64,000 nucleotides of DNA from Eledone cirrhosa (lineage: Eukaryota), in NCBI GenBank assembly GCA_964016885.1, contig OZ024741.1, forward strand, positions 116,188,001 through 116,252,000. The letters run 5' to 3'. The translations under genes and the position numbers were made by a program. The notes under the pieces are model-generated. The model was not told the DNA's origin, did not search any database, and saw only the letters and a program-made list of their open reading frames with translations. Every line of letters starts with the position of its first letter. The stretch's first letter is position 1. Below are positions 45,572 through 57,800 of this stretch, in pieces.

Positions 45572-46270
45572 TTCATCATCCACTTATTCCTGAGAAGGTC
45601 ATTGGCAGAGTCTTAAAACACTCTTCCAGTGGGTACTGTCAGAAGCAACTGTCTCCAATTGATCCGGCTGGATCCCCAAGTGAGACCAGCTGAGCTCATG
45701 GATGCTATCGAACCATCTTGCTCAGGGTCTACCCCTGTTCTTCTGTTGGTTGGTTTTGCCCATAAAATCTGTCCAGCAATCCTTTCCTGAAACATTCTAA
45801 TCACATGCCTATAATATTGGAGCCATTATCTCTCAATTCAGAGTAACAGCAGCTCTACGTGGAGTGATACTGGTCTCTCAGCTACACATTATCAAGTATC
45901 GTCACTCCAAAGACCCTTCAGAGGAATCCCATTTCAGCCCACTTGTATTCATGATTGTATTCTTCTGGTCATTACCCAGATACATGAGCATAGATAAGGG
46001 GTTGGCACAAATATCGAATTGAAGATAGCAAGTTTGGCTTTTACACCTACCTCTCTTCTTCTGATTACCAAACACTGAAGCTGTGGTATTGCTGCACCAG
46101 CTCTTGCAATTATTGCATATAATTCAGTCTCCTGCCTTCCAGCACTCGTGAACACAGCCCCAATATACTTGAACTTCTCCACCTATTTCAGTAGAACTCC
46201 ATTCACATGTAGAGTGCACTGTGCAGGCTTCCTTGAGAGGATGAGCATCTCAGTCTTTGCAACACTGATT
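45572..46270 (-). mobile_element. RTE-clade LINE remnant (RT C-terminus)
   Basis: KTEML..VEKFKYIG.VFTS.GRQE.E...I..A..KAKLAIFNSIFVPT..WVMT. Confidence 0.8.
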
Positions 46271-46480
46271 TGGAGGTATTTATTAAAAGAACTAACTTTC
46301 TTATCAAAGTTTTGAGGTTTTTAGATAAATAAAATTACTTTAAATCAAACAGTTCTGGATCATAAAATCAGGGCCAGTTACATGAGGTTTGGTGTCAAAA
46401 GCAGGAAACAATATAGATAAAAATTATCTGGTTTCTCAGACGTTAACGAAGCGCTGAGGGAACATAGTTAATATAAAGAG

Positions 46481-46937
46481 TGGTGTGCTAATACATGGAG
46501 ATACTATAAAATAGCTTATAAAATACGGTGAAGATCCTTAGAGACAAAAAAAAAGTTGCCATCGGCCACTACAAGGAATTGAAACCCGTATCTCACAGAT
46601 ACAAGTTAGATGCTTGAACCCATTAAGCCAAGGGACCATAACAACTCACCACTCTTTATATTAACTTTATCTCCTCAGCACTCTGAAAAAGTCTGGAAGA
46701 CAGGCTATGTATATATATGATGTTTTACATTTAAAAGCTGTAGTTCAGCAACCTAATTTAAGACAGCATTAATTGTCATGGTCCCTTGGCTTAATGGTTC
46801 AAAGCACCTACCCTGTATCTGAGAGATACAAGATTTTATTCCTCATAGCAGCCAATGGCAACTCCTTTTTCTATCTCTAAGGGTCTTCACCTATTTTATA
46901 AACTATGTTATAGAATCTCCACACATGAACACACCAC
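46481..46937. repeat. Fold-back element, ~165 bp arms each containing a tRNA-like sequence
   Basis: 46481-46644 inverted at 46773-46937; arm begins GGTCCCTTGGCTTAATGG (A box) with B-box-like GGTTTCAATTCC. Confidence 0.75.
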
Positions 46938-46999
46938 ACTTGATAGAATTGTTATATTTTCAATATTGCTTAAATTAAAAATCTTATGTCATCTTCCTG

Positions 47000-47310
47000 C
47001 TGGATCCTCCATCAGTTTTAACAATGAGCATCCATGACGACGAGCATCAACTGAGTATTAGCTCATGAATTAACGTGTAAGTGGTTGAATATTCCACAGA
47101 TACATTTAATGTAATTCCCAAGCCAAATCACCATAGCACATTGTGACAAGGCTGGAAAATTACAGTTTCTGTCAACCCAATTTCTCTCACAAGGCTTGGG
47201 TCAATCCAAGGCTATGACAAAAACACTTGGCCATGATGCTGTACAGAGTGATCAAACTCATGATCTCATGACTGAAGCGAACTTCGTAACCATACAGCAA
47301 TGCCTACATC
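47000..47310 (-). mobile_element. tRNA SINE (type B)
   Basis: Homologous to 55610-55945. Confidence 0.7.
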
Positions 47311-47411
47311 CATCACTGTTCTAAAAGAGAAGTAAAAACAAGACAAGAAAACAAAGAGTAATATGTATCTTTTTACAAATGACAGACTGTCTAATAGTGC
47401 TATTCCTTATT

Positions 47412-47594
47412 TGGAAGGGGGTGCCCACGTAAGACCTGGGAAGAGGTAATCAGGGATGATCTGAAAGCCTGGCACCTAGACCAAAACCTGTTCCTGGAAC
47501 AAACACTCTGGAGAGATGCTTTGAAAGAGGCTACCAAAATGCCCACCCAATGCTTGTGACAAAAACGGCGTTAAACCAGACAAAAATGATGATG
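47412..47594 (+). mobile_element. RTE LINE 3' remnant
   Basis: GRGCPRKTWEEVIRDDLK..LWRDAL, GGCGTTAAA..GATGATG tail. Confidence 0.7.
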
Positions 47595-47783
47595 GGAAAA
47601 TCTAAATGTAAATTCCTGATAAACAGTCAAAACAAATCATAAAAATCAAAAGCGTTCTTTTTGTTGTTATTAGAACAGTGAATATTACAAATGAATTTAT
47701 GTAAAACCTTCAACACAGAACTTGTGTTTATATTTACATAACTATTCACAGAATAGCTATGTAAATATGGAACGTGGACATAA

Positions 47784-48135
47784 TAGGCATGGCTGAGTGG
47801 TGAAGATGTTTACCTCACAATCGTGAGGTTTCAGATGTGATCCCACTGCCTGGTATCTTGTGCCAGTGTGTATACCATAGCTTTGGGTTGACCTAAGCCT
47901 TGTGAGAGAAACTTGGTAGACGAAAACTGTGAAAGCTCATTGAATGAACTGTACTAGTAATTGAATATTATATATTGTGTCATGCTGAAACAGCTTGGGA
48001 ATTATATTAAGGGTGCACATGTCTGTGGAATACTCAACCAATTACAGGGTAATTCACAAGTTGAATAATCAGTTGATCAAACACAAGTTGAAAAATCAGT
48101 TGATCAAACTGTTCATCACTGAAATCTCTGAAGTA
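47784..48135 (+). mobile_element. tRNA SINE (type B)
   Basis: A-box-like TGGCTGAGTGG head; body is the reverse of the type B copies. Confidence 0.72.
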
Positions 48136-49719
48136 TTAATCATCATCATCAATAATTACTGAATGTCATCAATATGAATAATTATGGTAAATATTGATTA
48201 CACAAAGCCCCATGACAAGAAATCTTTATACTAACATCAAATACCAATTTAAATTTTTAACATCCAACAATGTCTAAAAACAGGTTTATTAATTTAATGT
48301 TTATAGTATATTTGCAACTAGACAGATTGTTGTGAAAGTTTGTAGTATTAGATTATATCAAAATTATCCGTCTATGAATTTTGCTATGGTACAAAAACAT
48401 GGCATATTTGCATATCATATATGATATTTGTCAATTCTGCCAAAAATAAACCTTGACATCACCTAGAAATATATAAGACAAGTCAAACACCAGCAAGCTC
48501 CTCTTTTTCATCTCATGCAAACACACTATGGTCACCTGTGACTGCTACCTGTGGCTGATCAGCCTAACACCAACTGAAGTGCTACAGTTCTTTGCATTCA
48601 CACATTCAATCTGTCTCTCTTTACAAATTCAATTACAACAAAATTTATTTACATTACATGAAGTATTTCCATTTTCTGCAAACTCTGTAAAATAACAATG
48701 CAATAGGGTTTCATTGCATTCCATGGCTAAAATATGTAATTAACAGTTTGTTTCCTTGTTTCTCCTTCTCTACTTGAACAACGAATGCTTTGGGGAAATC
48801 ACTTTTCCTACTTCAATCACGCATCAGCACATACAACACACAATCAACACCACAACTAAAATTTCTGTTAAAAGACTAAAGACTTTACTATTGAATGTGA
48901 TGCTGTTAATTATGCTAAAAATAATGTTTTGGGTACATGGTTGTTAATATATTACTTAACAACTGGAGTTGTCCCTCTTACATTAGAGAGTTCATTGCTG
49001 TTTTATACTTTTTGAGAATGTTTTGTTACTGCGTTTTAATGTGGTACAGGACATTAAGAGTTAGACATGAAGCTTCAAATATGTAATGAAGGAGAAATGG
49101 GAAGTTCTGATTACCATACCTTTCGTAAACATCATTATATTTTTATTGGTAGTCTATAGTGTTGTGGGAGAGATACAAGTAGCTTGGTAGTCTACAATAT
49201 TGTAATAGAGACATACAACTACTTTGGAAGTATATATTGTGATAGACAGACTTAAGAAGTCTGCTGGACTATAGTGTTATAACCTAAAGAATTTTAGACA
49301 GCAACAATGTATTTTAAGTAAGAGTAAACAGTGCATAAGAAACAGACAACTAAAAACCTAACTTTAGATCATACAAGCATGTTTACAGGTTTCCATGTTT
49401 AAGAGGAAGTAAAGTTGAGAGGTTGGGCTCAAAAAAGAAAAAAAGCTTACTTCATACTTAATATATCAAGTATTTTGGCAAAATAGATGTCTTTACGTCT
49501 TCAGAATAATGCAAGGATGAATAAGGAGGGGGAGGAGGAGCTAGTGGGAATTGTAATTGAAGCAAAGAGTAATTGGAACAAAACAGTAAGTTTTGCAACA
49601 ATAGATCAGACGCCAATAATAAAAATAATGTGATGTAAACAGGATATAGCTAAGAACATAATACTTTCCTAAACTATGCCAACACAAGAAAAATGAATTT
49701 AATACGATAATGATAATTT

Positions 49720-49920
49720 AATATTGATTTCTAATTTAGGCACAATGTCAGTAATTTTAGGGAATTAAATCATCCCCAGTACATTATTGGTAGTTTAGTT
49801 TATTGACTCTGGAGGAATGAAAGGCAAAGTTAAACTTGGCTGAATTGAACTCAGAACATAAAGAGCCAAAACAAATACCACAATGACATTTTATCTGACA
49901 CTCTACCAATTCTGTCAAAA
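49720..49920 (-). mobile_element. Nin/Deu-like SINE (type C)
   Basis: ATGAAAGGCAAAGTTAA...ATTGAACTCAGAAC motif. Confidence 0.65.
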
Positions 49921-49980
49921 TAAACCTTTAATATATATGTATAGGATAGAAACATCTCAAATTATAATGACCATTGGTTA

Positions 49981-50747
49981 TCTATATATCTAAAGCAGAG
50001 AAGGTCTGTCTGACTCCCTAAAACTCAAGAACCACCCAACCGATTGTTTTCAAACTTTACACATGTAATACTTATGGTCTTGTGAGTGTTTTGAGAAAAA
50101 AAATTTCAAATTTTCAATGCCCTAGGGGCCGCATTAGGCGATTTAGCGATCTCTCTCTATAATTCTTAGTCTTTCTTTTTAGATAGATACATAGATATAA
50201 CGTTGCGTCCTTATAATATCTGTCTGTATGTCTGGCTGGCTGTCTGCATTACGACATTATGACGCTGTGTGTGTGTGTATATATATGTATATATAGTGTG
50301 TGTATATATATATATATATATAGTGTGTAACGTTTTTCGAAATGTTTACTTGTGTGTTCACAGATTGATTTTTTTAGTTTCAGAAGATCCCGTTAAGGGT
50401 GAAAGCAGCGATTCTTTGCTTAAACTTTAATCTGTTATTTTAATATATGAAGGGCATCCAACTGTAGAAAACCCGCCAGACAGTCCTATGCGAGCAAGAC
50501 AACCACTCTTGCCTCAAGTGGGAAAACTCCCGTCCAAACCCATGCAAGCGTGGAACATGGACGTTAAACGATGATGATGATGATGATGATATATATATAA
50601 TTATATATTCGTGTAGATATATTTGCATACCCAATAACAAAATATAAACAAGCGTATTTATTTCATGAGGCTTGATAAGGATAAATATATATCAAATATA
50701 TAAGAACCCTAGAGCAAATCCTGAGCAACGCTGGGCCATTCTGCTAG
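49981..50747 (+). mobile_element. Non-autonomous Helitron carrying Penelope pLTR fragments and an RTE tail insertion (50449-50590)
   Basis: A|TCTATATATCTAAAGC start, CCTGAGCAACGCTGGG hairpin, CTGCTAG|T end; 50328-50444 matches 20018-20138 and 50667-50719 is the reverse of 20142-20196. Confidence 0.85.
50361..50434 (+). ncRNA. Type I hammerhead-like fold (U4A variant) inside Helitron
   Basis: CAGAUUGA..AGUUU-CAGAAGA-U-CCC-GUUAA-GGG-U-GAAA-GCA-loop-UGC-UU-AAACU-UUAAUCUG. Confidence 0.55.
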
Positions 50748-50774
50748 TAATACTTATTTTAAATATTATTGGCA

Positions 50775-50975
50775 TTTATCACCATCACCATCATCAACAT
50801 CACCATTAATAACATCATCGCCATCATCACTATCATTAGAATAATTGTCACCATCATCACTATTATCATCCTCATCATCATCATCACTATCATTATTACC
50901 ATCATTACTATCATTATCACTACAATCATCACTATCGTTATCCTCATCACCATCATCACTATCATCATCATGATC
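50775..50975. repeat. Imperfect (CAT)n microsatellite
   Basis: Direct inspection. Confidence 0.92.
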
Positions 50976-51343
50976 AATGCTTAAATTTATCTTAGTCCTT
51001 TGCGAGCTGGTCAACTAGCCATGATGATGATGATGATGTCACTATCAATGAAGATATTGATGACACTAATAATAGTTATGTTGATGATGGAGGTGTCAAA
51101 GACAACTACAATGGTAAAAAAAAATGGAAGAAAACTGAAGAATGCCAAATAAATCATTCAAATCTCGACTTCCTTTAACTGAAATCAATATAATTCTATT
51201 TTTGCCAATAACAAATCATGCAATGTTTAAAACACGCAGGTGACAAGATGACAATGATGATATTGGTGTCACTGTTACACACTTAGCAAATACATAGATT
51301 CTCTCTGTCACTTAGATCGGTTTTACACACATATACAGTTGTC

Positions 51344-51404
<61 letters not shown>

Positions 51405-51567
51405 ATTCGGGACCCCAACAGCTGAGTTCCTGCCATTTCAACAGTTAAATCTGTGTCGGGGTCGGAAATTCTTCATATTACCCACTCTACTACCCCAAAT
51501 ATTGAGTACTCTGGTGAGTAATGGTCTAACTCGTTTTTACTACATTCATTCCAATTTATATATATAT

Positions 51568-51800
51568 TCTTTTATACTTTTATTTTTATACTAGTTTCAA
51601 TCATTTAACTGTGGCCATGCTGGGGTACCATCTTGAAGGGATATTTCTGTTGATCATATTGACCCTCCTCCCCCTCCCCCCTCCCCTTCCACCACCACCA
51701 CCACCCCACCCGTACTTTTTTTGTTTGAAAGTCTGGTACTTATTTTATCTATTTCTTTATGTCGAACAACTAGATTACAAGATATAAACAAACAGTAAAC
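51568..51800 (-). mobile_element. Nin/Deu-like SINE with CR1-derived 3' end
   Basis: Minus strand: GATAAAATAAGTACCAG then CCCCAGCATGGCCACAG..TGAAACTAGTA..AAAAGTAT, matching the CR1 tail at 20504-20560. Confidence 0.65.
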
Positions 51801-52189
51801 TTAAACACACACACACCTATATGACAGTCTTCAACAGTTTCTATCTACCTGAGGCTATTGTACCTACTGTGCTCATTGTCTCACACAGTAGGACTAAGGC
51901 TAAATCCATGTGGTTGTGAAGTGAACTCCTTAACTATTCAGCCAATCAAACAGATTGGCTTCAAAGGGGTTAACTAGTTTGATATGAAACTGCCTGAAAC
52001 CGGCCCTGGCTCTACAATGTATGTATGAACCCATAACTCCTGATGGAATCGTAGGGGCACCATAGTGAAATATGGTGTTTCTTGGGCATTTTAAACCTGG
52101 TGGAGCCCATCTCTTCAGGTCTGAACACAATTGATTTCTTCCAGAGAAGGAGTAATAGAGATAGAAAGCGAGAAAGAGATATGGGGGAA

Positions 52190-52340
52190 GAATCGACCAT
52201 AGTACTGGACTGCTATTTTATTTATTGTCCTTGAAAGGATGAAAAGCAAAATTGACCGTGGCAGGATTTGAACTCAGAGTGCAGAGAGCTGGAACAAATA
52301 CTGCAAACATTTGAACTGATCTTCCAATTTGCCGTCCCTG
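52190..52340 (-). mobile_element. Nin/Deu-like SINE (type C), degenerate
   Basis: AAGGATGAAAAGCAAAATTGACC..GGATTTGAACTCAGA. Confidence 0.65.
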
Positions 52341-53133
52341 GTTCTACAAAACAAATCTGTTAAAGTGTTTATATCTATCTAAGGACTTTTCATCATAATT
52401 TTATGTAAGAACCTTTGTTTAACTATGTTCCAAACACCAAGTTAATGAAAATCCCTCTAAATTTTTCATTATTTGAAAATTATATGCAATGTCTTTCATT
52501 AGAAATATGGAAACGAAAGGGGTAAACCTTTCCATTATAAATTTATGGCTCTATGCCCATATGAAAAATCATTATTTCCACCTTCATTCATTTCTGATAA
52601 AGATTATAGGGACATTAATGAGGTTTGTGTAGAAATAGCATAGAGGGAAGAATGGTGAAAAAAAGGAAAGCTGGATTGAAAAAAAGAAAGAGGAAGGAAA
52701 AAGGAAATGAACTAAAAAGAAAAGATGGAAACGATTAAAGTAAGAATATAGAAAGAGATATATTAGGTTGAAAGATGGGAAAGAAAGAAACATTTTTAGA
52801 GGTGGGAACAGAAAAATCTATTTAGAGAAAAAGAGGAAGAAATCAGAGTAATTATCATCATCATCATTTCACTTGTTTTTCCATATATACATGTGTATGT
52901 ATATATATATGTGTGTTTGTGTGTATCAAAGATATAGCAACCTCCCTAGTGCTGGTGCCACTATAAAATGCAAAGTGCACTATGTAGGGTGCAGCAATAC
53001 TGAAATTTCAACCCAACTGAGAGATCAGTGGCTTCGACAAAGCACAGACTTGGTCTGTGATGACCCCTCGCATCATTGCTTGCAGAAAAAAAAGGTAGTT
53101 GAATGATGATGATGCGTGCATATATATGTGTGT

Positions 53134-53166
<33 letters not shown>

Positions 53167-53314
53167 CGTGTGTGCGTGCGTGTGTGTGCATGCACACATA
53201 TGTGTACACACACACAACAAAATAAGAAAAATGTTAGAAGTGTGAACAGAAAAATCTAATCAGAGTAATCATGATCAACATCATTGAACATGGGTGTGTG
53301 TGTGGGGGAGGAGG

Positions 53315-53382
<68 letters not shown>

Positions 53383-53384
<2 letters not shown>

Positions 53385-53468
53385 AGGCATATGGTTTAGT
53401 GGTTAGAGCATTGGCCTTGCAAGCAGGGAAAAGCGGACGTAAAATGAAATGATGATGATGATGATGAT
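53383..53468 (+). mobile_element. Type A SINE with internal deletion (head fused to tail)
   Basis: GGAGGCATATGGTTTAGTGGTTAGAGCATTGG-CCTTGCAA-GCAGGGAAAAGCGGACGTAAAA(TGA)n. Confidence 0.88.
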
Positions 53469-53699
53469 AGAACCAATTTAAAACTAATTAGACCATTACT
53501 CAACAGAAAACTCGATACAGTTGAAAACTAGCTGTTGAAACAGCAAAAACTCCATTGTCAGGTCCCGATTCTTTATAATATAGCTAACAGTCAGGAACTA
53601 GCTCTTTATATATATATCAAAATTAACATGTTCACTTAAAAACTCAGTATTCCTTATAAGCTCAAGGAAAAAGTTCTGAGTTCTTTATAACACAATAAA

Positions 53700-54355
53700 G
53701 ATAGAACACATATATACATGTGTGTTGTTCAAATCATAAGGAATACAAAACCACCAAAGTTAAGAATATATCAACTAAAGATAGTACAGTTCACAGAACT
53801 CAAAAGGATAAATTAAGGTATACGAACCGACTATAATGACTATCAACATCCAGATAGCTTTAAAGTAGAACTGTTTTGAAAATGCAAGTAAAACCCAAAT
53901 ATACACACTAAAAACAGAAACATTCCCTATAATACTAGATGCCTTTAGAGTAATCAAAAATCAAGCAGAGAAATACATAGCCCAAACCTCCAAGATTTAC
54001 AAATATTCACAACATACAGAAAATAGCACTACCGGGCACTGTTAACATATTACATAGAGTACTTTCAATACTACATATACTCAAGGCTCACAGAGCTATG
54101 TTCAGTAATGCAGTGACAGCCCACATGTTCTCTGGGATTGATAAATTAAAAGACACAAAAACTAACCCAAATATCTAGGACTGGAAAATATATACAAATA
54201 CAAAAAAATAGCATTACTAGGCACAGCACATATATTATATAATGTACTTTTAATACTGCAGAAACAACACCACCAAAATATAACATGGCACAAAACCAGG
54301 GCATACAAAGTTGTACTCAGTAATACAGTGACAGTATAAAATATAAATATGACCA
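53700..54355 (+). mobile_element. Two tandem R4/Dong-like LINE 3' remnants
   Basis: Degenerate LKTETFPIILDAF.VIK..IHNIQKIAL.GT..ILHRVLSI, repeated as QKIALLGTAHIL at ~54200; typical RLE-LINE C-terminus. Confidence 0.6.
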
Positions 54356-54360
54356 CTGAA

Positions 54361-55326
54361 TAATAATTGTTTCTACTTTTAGCACAAGGCCAGCAATTTG
54401 AAGGGAAGGAGAAAGTCGATTAAATCAACCTCAGTGCACTACCTTATTTTACTGATTCCATAAAGATGAAACGCAAAGCTAACATTGGCAAGATTCGAAC
54501 TTAGAAGGTAAAGATCTAGAACAAATAATTGTTTCTACATTTGGCACAAGGCCAGCAATTACCCAGTACATTACTGGTACTTTATTTTATCAACCCTATA
54601 AGGATGAAAGGCAAAGTTAAACTCAGCGGGATTTGAACTCAGAATGGCAAGGGCCGTAACTCTATGCGTCAAAGCATGGGATCCGACCCTAATGCTAAGT
54701 GGTTGTTCAACACTAACAATTCTACCACTCTACAGCCTTTAATAATAACAATAATAATTGTTTCTACTTTTGGCACAAGGCCAGAAATTATCCCAGTGTA
54801 TTACTGGTACTTTATTTTATCGACCCTGTAAGGATGAAAGGCAAATTTAAGCCCCCTTCAGTCATAAATGACCATGGTCTTGCACTGAGGCACAAGCTTG
54901 TGTAAGGTATGTTTGTGGAAGACCATCAGTCACCGATTCATGCCAGTCTCCCCTCTCCATGCCACCGAAGTTGTCAAAGAGAAAGGCAATGGCCAATACA
55001 GCTTGGCACCAGTGATTTCACAACTCATTTCTACAGCTGAGTGAACTGGAACAACGGGAAATAAAGTGTTTTGCTCAAGAACACAATACACAGCCCAGTC
55101 CAGAATTCAAACTCACCACAACATTAAGATAGTGAGCTCAACACTCTAACCACTAAGCCACATACCTTCACAATAATAATTGTTTTTACGTTAGGCACAA
55201 GGGCAGCAATTACCCCGTAAGGATGAAAGGCAAAGTTAACCTCGGCGGGATTTGAACTCAGAATGGCAAGGGCCGTAACTCTATACATCAAAGCATGGCG
55301 TCCAACCCTCTACCAATACTGCCACA
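54361..55326 (-). mobile_element. Stack of four Nin/Deu-like SINEs plus one CORE-like SINE (54852-55172)
   Basis: AATAATTGTTTCTAC.TT.GGCACAAGG recurs at ~54362, 54524, 54753, 55176; CORE-like body at 55025-55085. Confidence 0.85.
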
Positions 55327-55609
55327 ATAATAATAATATCTAGATAATAAAAAATATCTTTCTTAATCATTTTATTTTTTTTTTTTAAGTTTGAAATATA
55401 TGGTAAATTTTTAGTCATAAAATAAGATTTTATCAATTCCTTAAATTGCTCGATTTGAAGAAGTAAATTTATAAAATACTTATTTTCTCCAAAATTGATA
55501 GTGAACCATTTGGCAGTATTCCAAGAAATAACAGCAGAGTGGTATTATCAAATTTGGGAGATCTTGAAGAAATGTCTTCGTTAAAATGTCTACGCTATCT
55601 AACTAAATG

Positions 55610-55945
55610 ATGGATCCTCCGTCACTTTCAACGATGAGTATTCAGTTGTACAATCAACTGAGCATCTAACTCATGAATTAACATGTAAATGGCTGAGTAT
55701 TCCACAGACATGTATACCCTTATGCATGTGAAAATATGTGACGAGATTGGACTTTTGAATTATTAAAGGTGCAACCTATCTGATGGGCTTCCATGCAGTT
55801 TCTGTCAACCCAATTTCACTCACACAGCTTGGGTCAAGAGTAAGTTATGGGTAAGACATTCATTCAAGCTGCCATGCACTGAGATTGAACCAGGACCTCA
55901 TGATTGTGAAACAAACTTTTTAACCACTTGGCGATGTCTGTATCC
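55610..55945 (-). mobile_element. tRNA SINE (type B)
   Basis: Homologous to 47000-47310. Confidence 0.72.
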
Positions 55946-56494
55946 ACCTTGCTAAATATCCTAGTAAAAACTGCAATCTTCACCGTTATATAGTTGCACA
56001 TGACCTGCTAGATATAGCAGCCAAATCTTACAAAAGGGAAGGACTCATTGAATAATGTAATCTGAAATATACTCAAAATCAACAAGTCAAGTTCCCACAA
56101 CTGGTGCTGCCAGTCGTTGGGGTGCCACTCTATATGTTTCAGTGGACCTTAAAAATTCTTGGCAGTGCCTTTCTCCTTTCCAACCATCCAGTCACACACT
56201 AAGTTTAGCAATTACTAGGATGTAACTAAAAAATATCCCAGAGCCAGAAATGAGAGTCAGGTATGAAGCAGTGTACCCCCCAGCCATCCCTAAGGATGCC
56301 ACTGCCAGACACGATGGAGAAAGACTTTGATCATAGGTTAGTTTCTCAATCAGAGAGGACTTTGGAGCTAATCAAGAACAATGTTGGTTAGAGAAGAATA
56401 AGATGGAGTCATATAAAGATGGTGACAAGACAGGACAAATAAACATTAACAAATGACAAAACATTTCACTGGGAACTTTGATTTAATATACTCC

Positions 56495-56790
56495 ATACTA
56501 CTACCAACAGTAGTAGTAATTATTACTAATACTACCATCAGTAGCTGTAGAGGTGGTAGTAGTAATATCAGTAGTAGTAGTAGTAGTAGTAACTACTACT
56601 ACTACTACTACTGATATTACTACCACCACCTCTACAACTACTGATAGTAGTAGTAGTAGTAGTAGTAGTAACTACTACTACTACTACTGATATTACTACC
56701 ACCACCTCTACAACTACTGATAGTAATAGTAGTAGTAGTAGTAGTAGTAGTAATAGTAGTAGTAACTACTACTACTACTACTACTACTGT
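56495..56790. repeat. (AGT)n/(ACT)n microsatellite containing a near-perfect palindrome
   Basis: 56530-56590 vs 56592-56652 are reverse complements with 3 mismatches. Confidence 0.9.
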
Positions 56791-57439
56791 GCAGTTTAGT
56801 TTAATCAGAGTGACGGCCTCCTAGATGGCTTGCCTTCCCTATGGTTTCCTGGGTCCAGATCTTCCCCACACAGCTTCATTTATTCAGAGTTGCTGCTCTC
56901 CTAGTTATGCTGCTTTTTCAATGGTTATACAGAGATCATGTTTGACCCAAAGATAAGATACATACAGACCAATTGTAAATTCATTTTCCATTTTAACTAG
57001 TTATAATTATGATTATAGTTATATTTAATGTTTTGTGAATAGTAAACAGTAGGTCATTTCACATGAGCAAGAAATGTATAATGACGTTCGTTGGTCAAAA
57101 TGCTTTTCAGTATTTATTCTGACTATTTATGTCCTAAGTTTGCCAGCAACACCATTGGTGCCAAGCTGTATCAGTCCTTGCCTTTTCTTTGGATAACACT
57201 GGCGACAAGACCTGCACCACAGAGAAAAGCTTTCCAGCTGTATGGTTAATCTGACCAAAAATGCCTTAAATAAATAGAAACACTATGTCTGAATAAAAGA
57301 GAAGACTGTTACAACTAGTAAATCTTTAGCTACAAATCTGCAGGATCAGAACCAATCCATCGCTCAACGGCCACTACACTGTAAAGTGTAAATGCAAACA
57401 GATATTCTGTAAAAAGGTATTTAATTAATTAGACGCAAC

Positions 57440-57800
57440 ATAGAGAGGACTCTAGCCTTGCTAAAGACATGTCAAATCTCTCAGTGATGGTGCCGTGATA
57501 AAATGCACCCAATACACTCTGTAAAGTAGTTGATAATGAATGGCACAGAAGACTTTCTAGTCTTGCCAGGGATATGACAATCTCTCGGAGTGCTTGATGC
57601 CACAATAACATGCACCGAGTACACTCTGTAAAGGGGTTGGTGTAAGGAAAGGCATCCAATGATAGAAACTCTGCTAAAATTGGAACATGATCCTCGACTT
57701 GTCTAGGAGGGCATATGAGAACTGACTTGGACAGTAACAACCCATCCAACCAATGCCAGCATAGAAAGTGGATGTATGATGATGATGATGATGATAATGG
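57440..57800 (+). mobile_element. RTE-type 3' tail repeat with internal duplication
   Basis: TACACTCTGTAAAG twice, GGTTGGTGTAAGGAAAGGCATCCA..(GAT)n. Confidence 0.6.

Noticed and set aside
55475-55610. Short open frame DSEPFGSIPRNNSRVV..LTK*
   Set aside because: About 45 codons, no recognisable homology or splice donor
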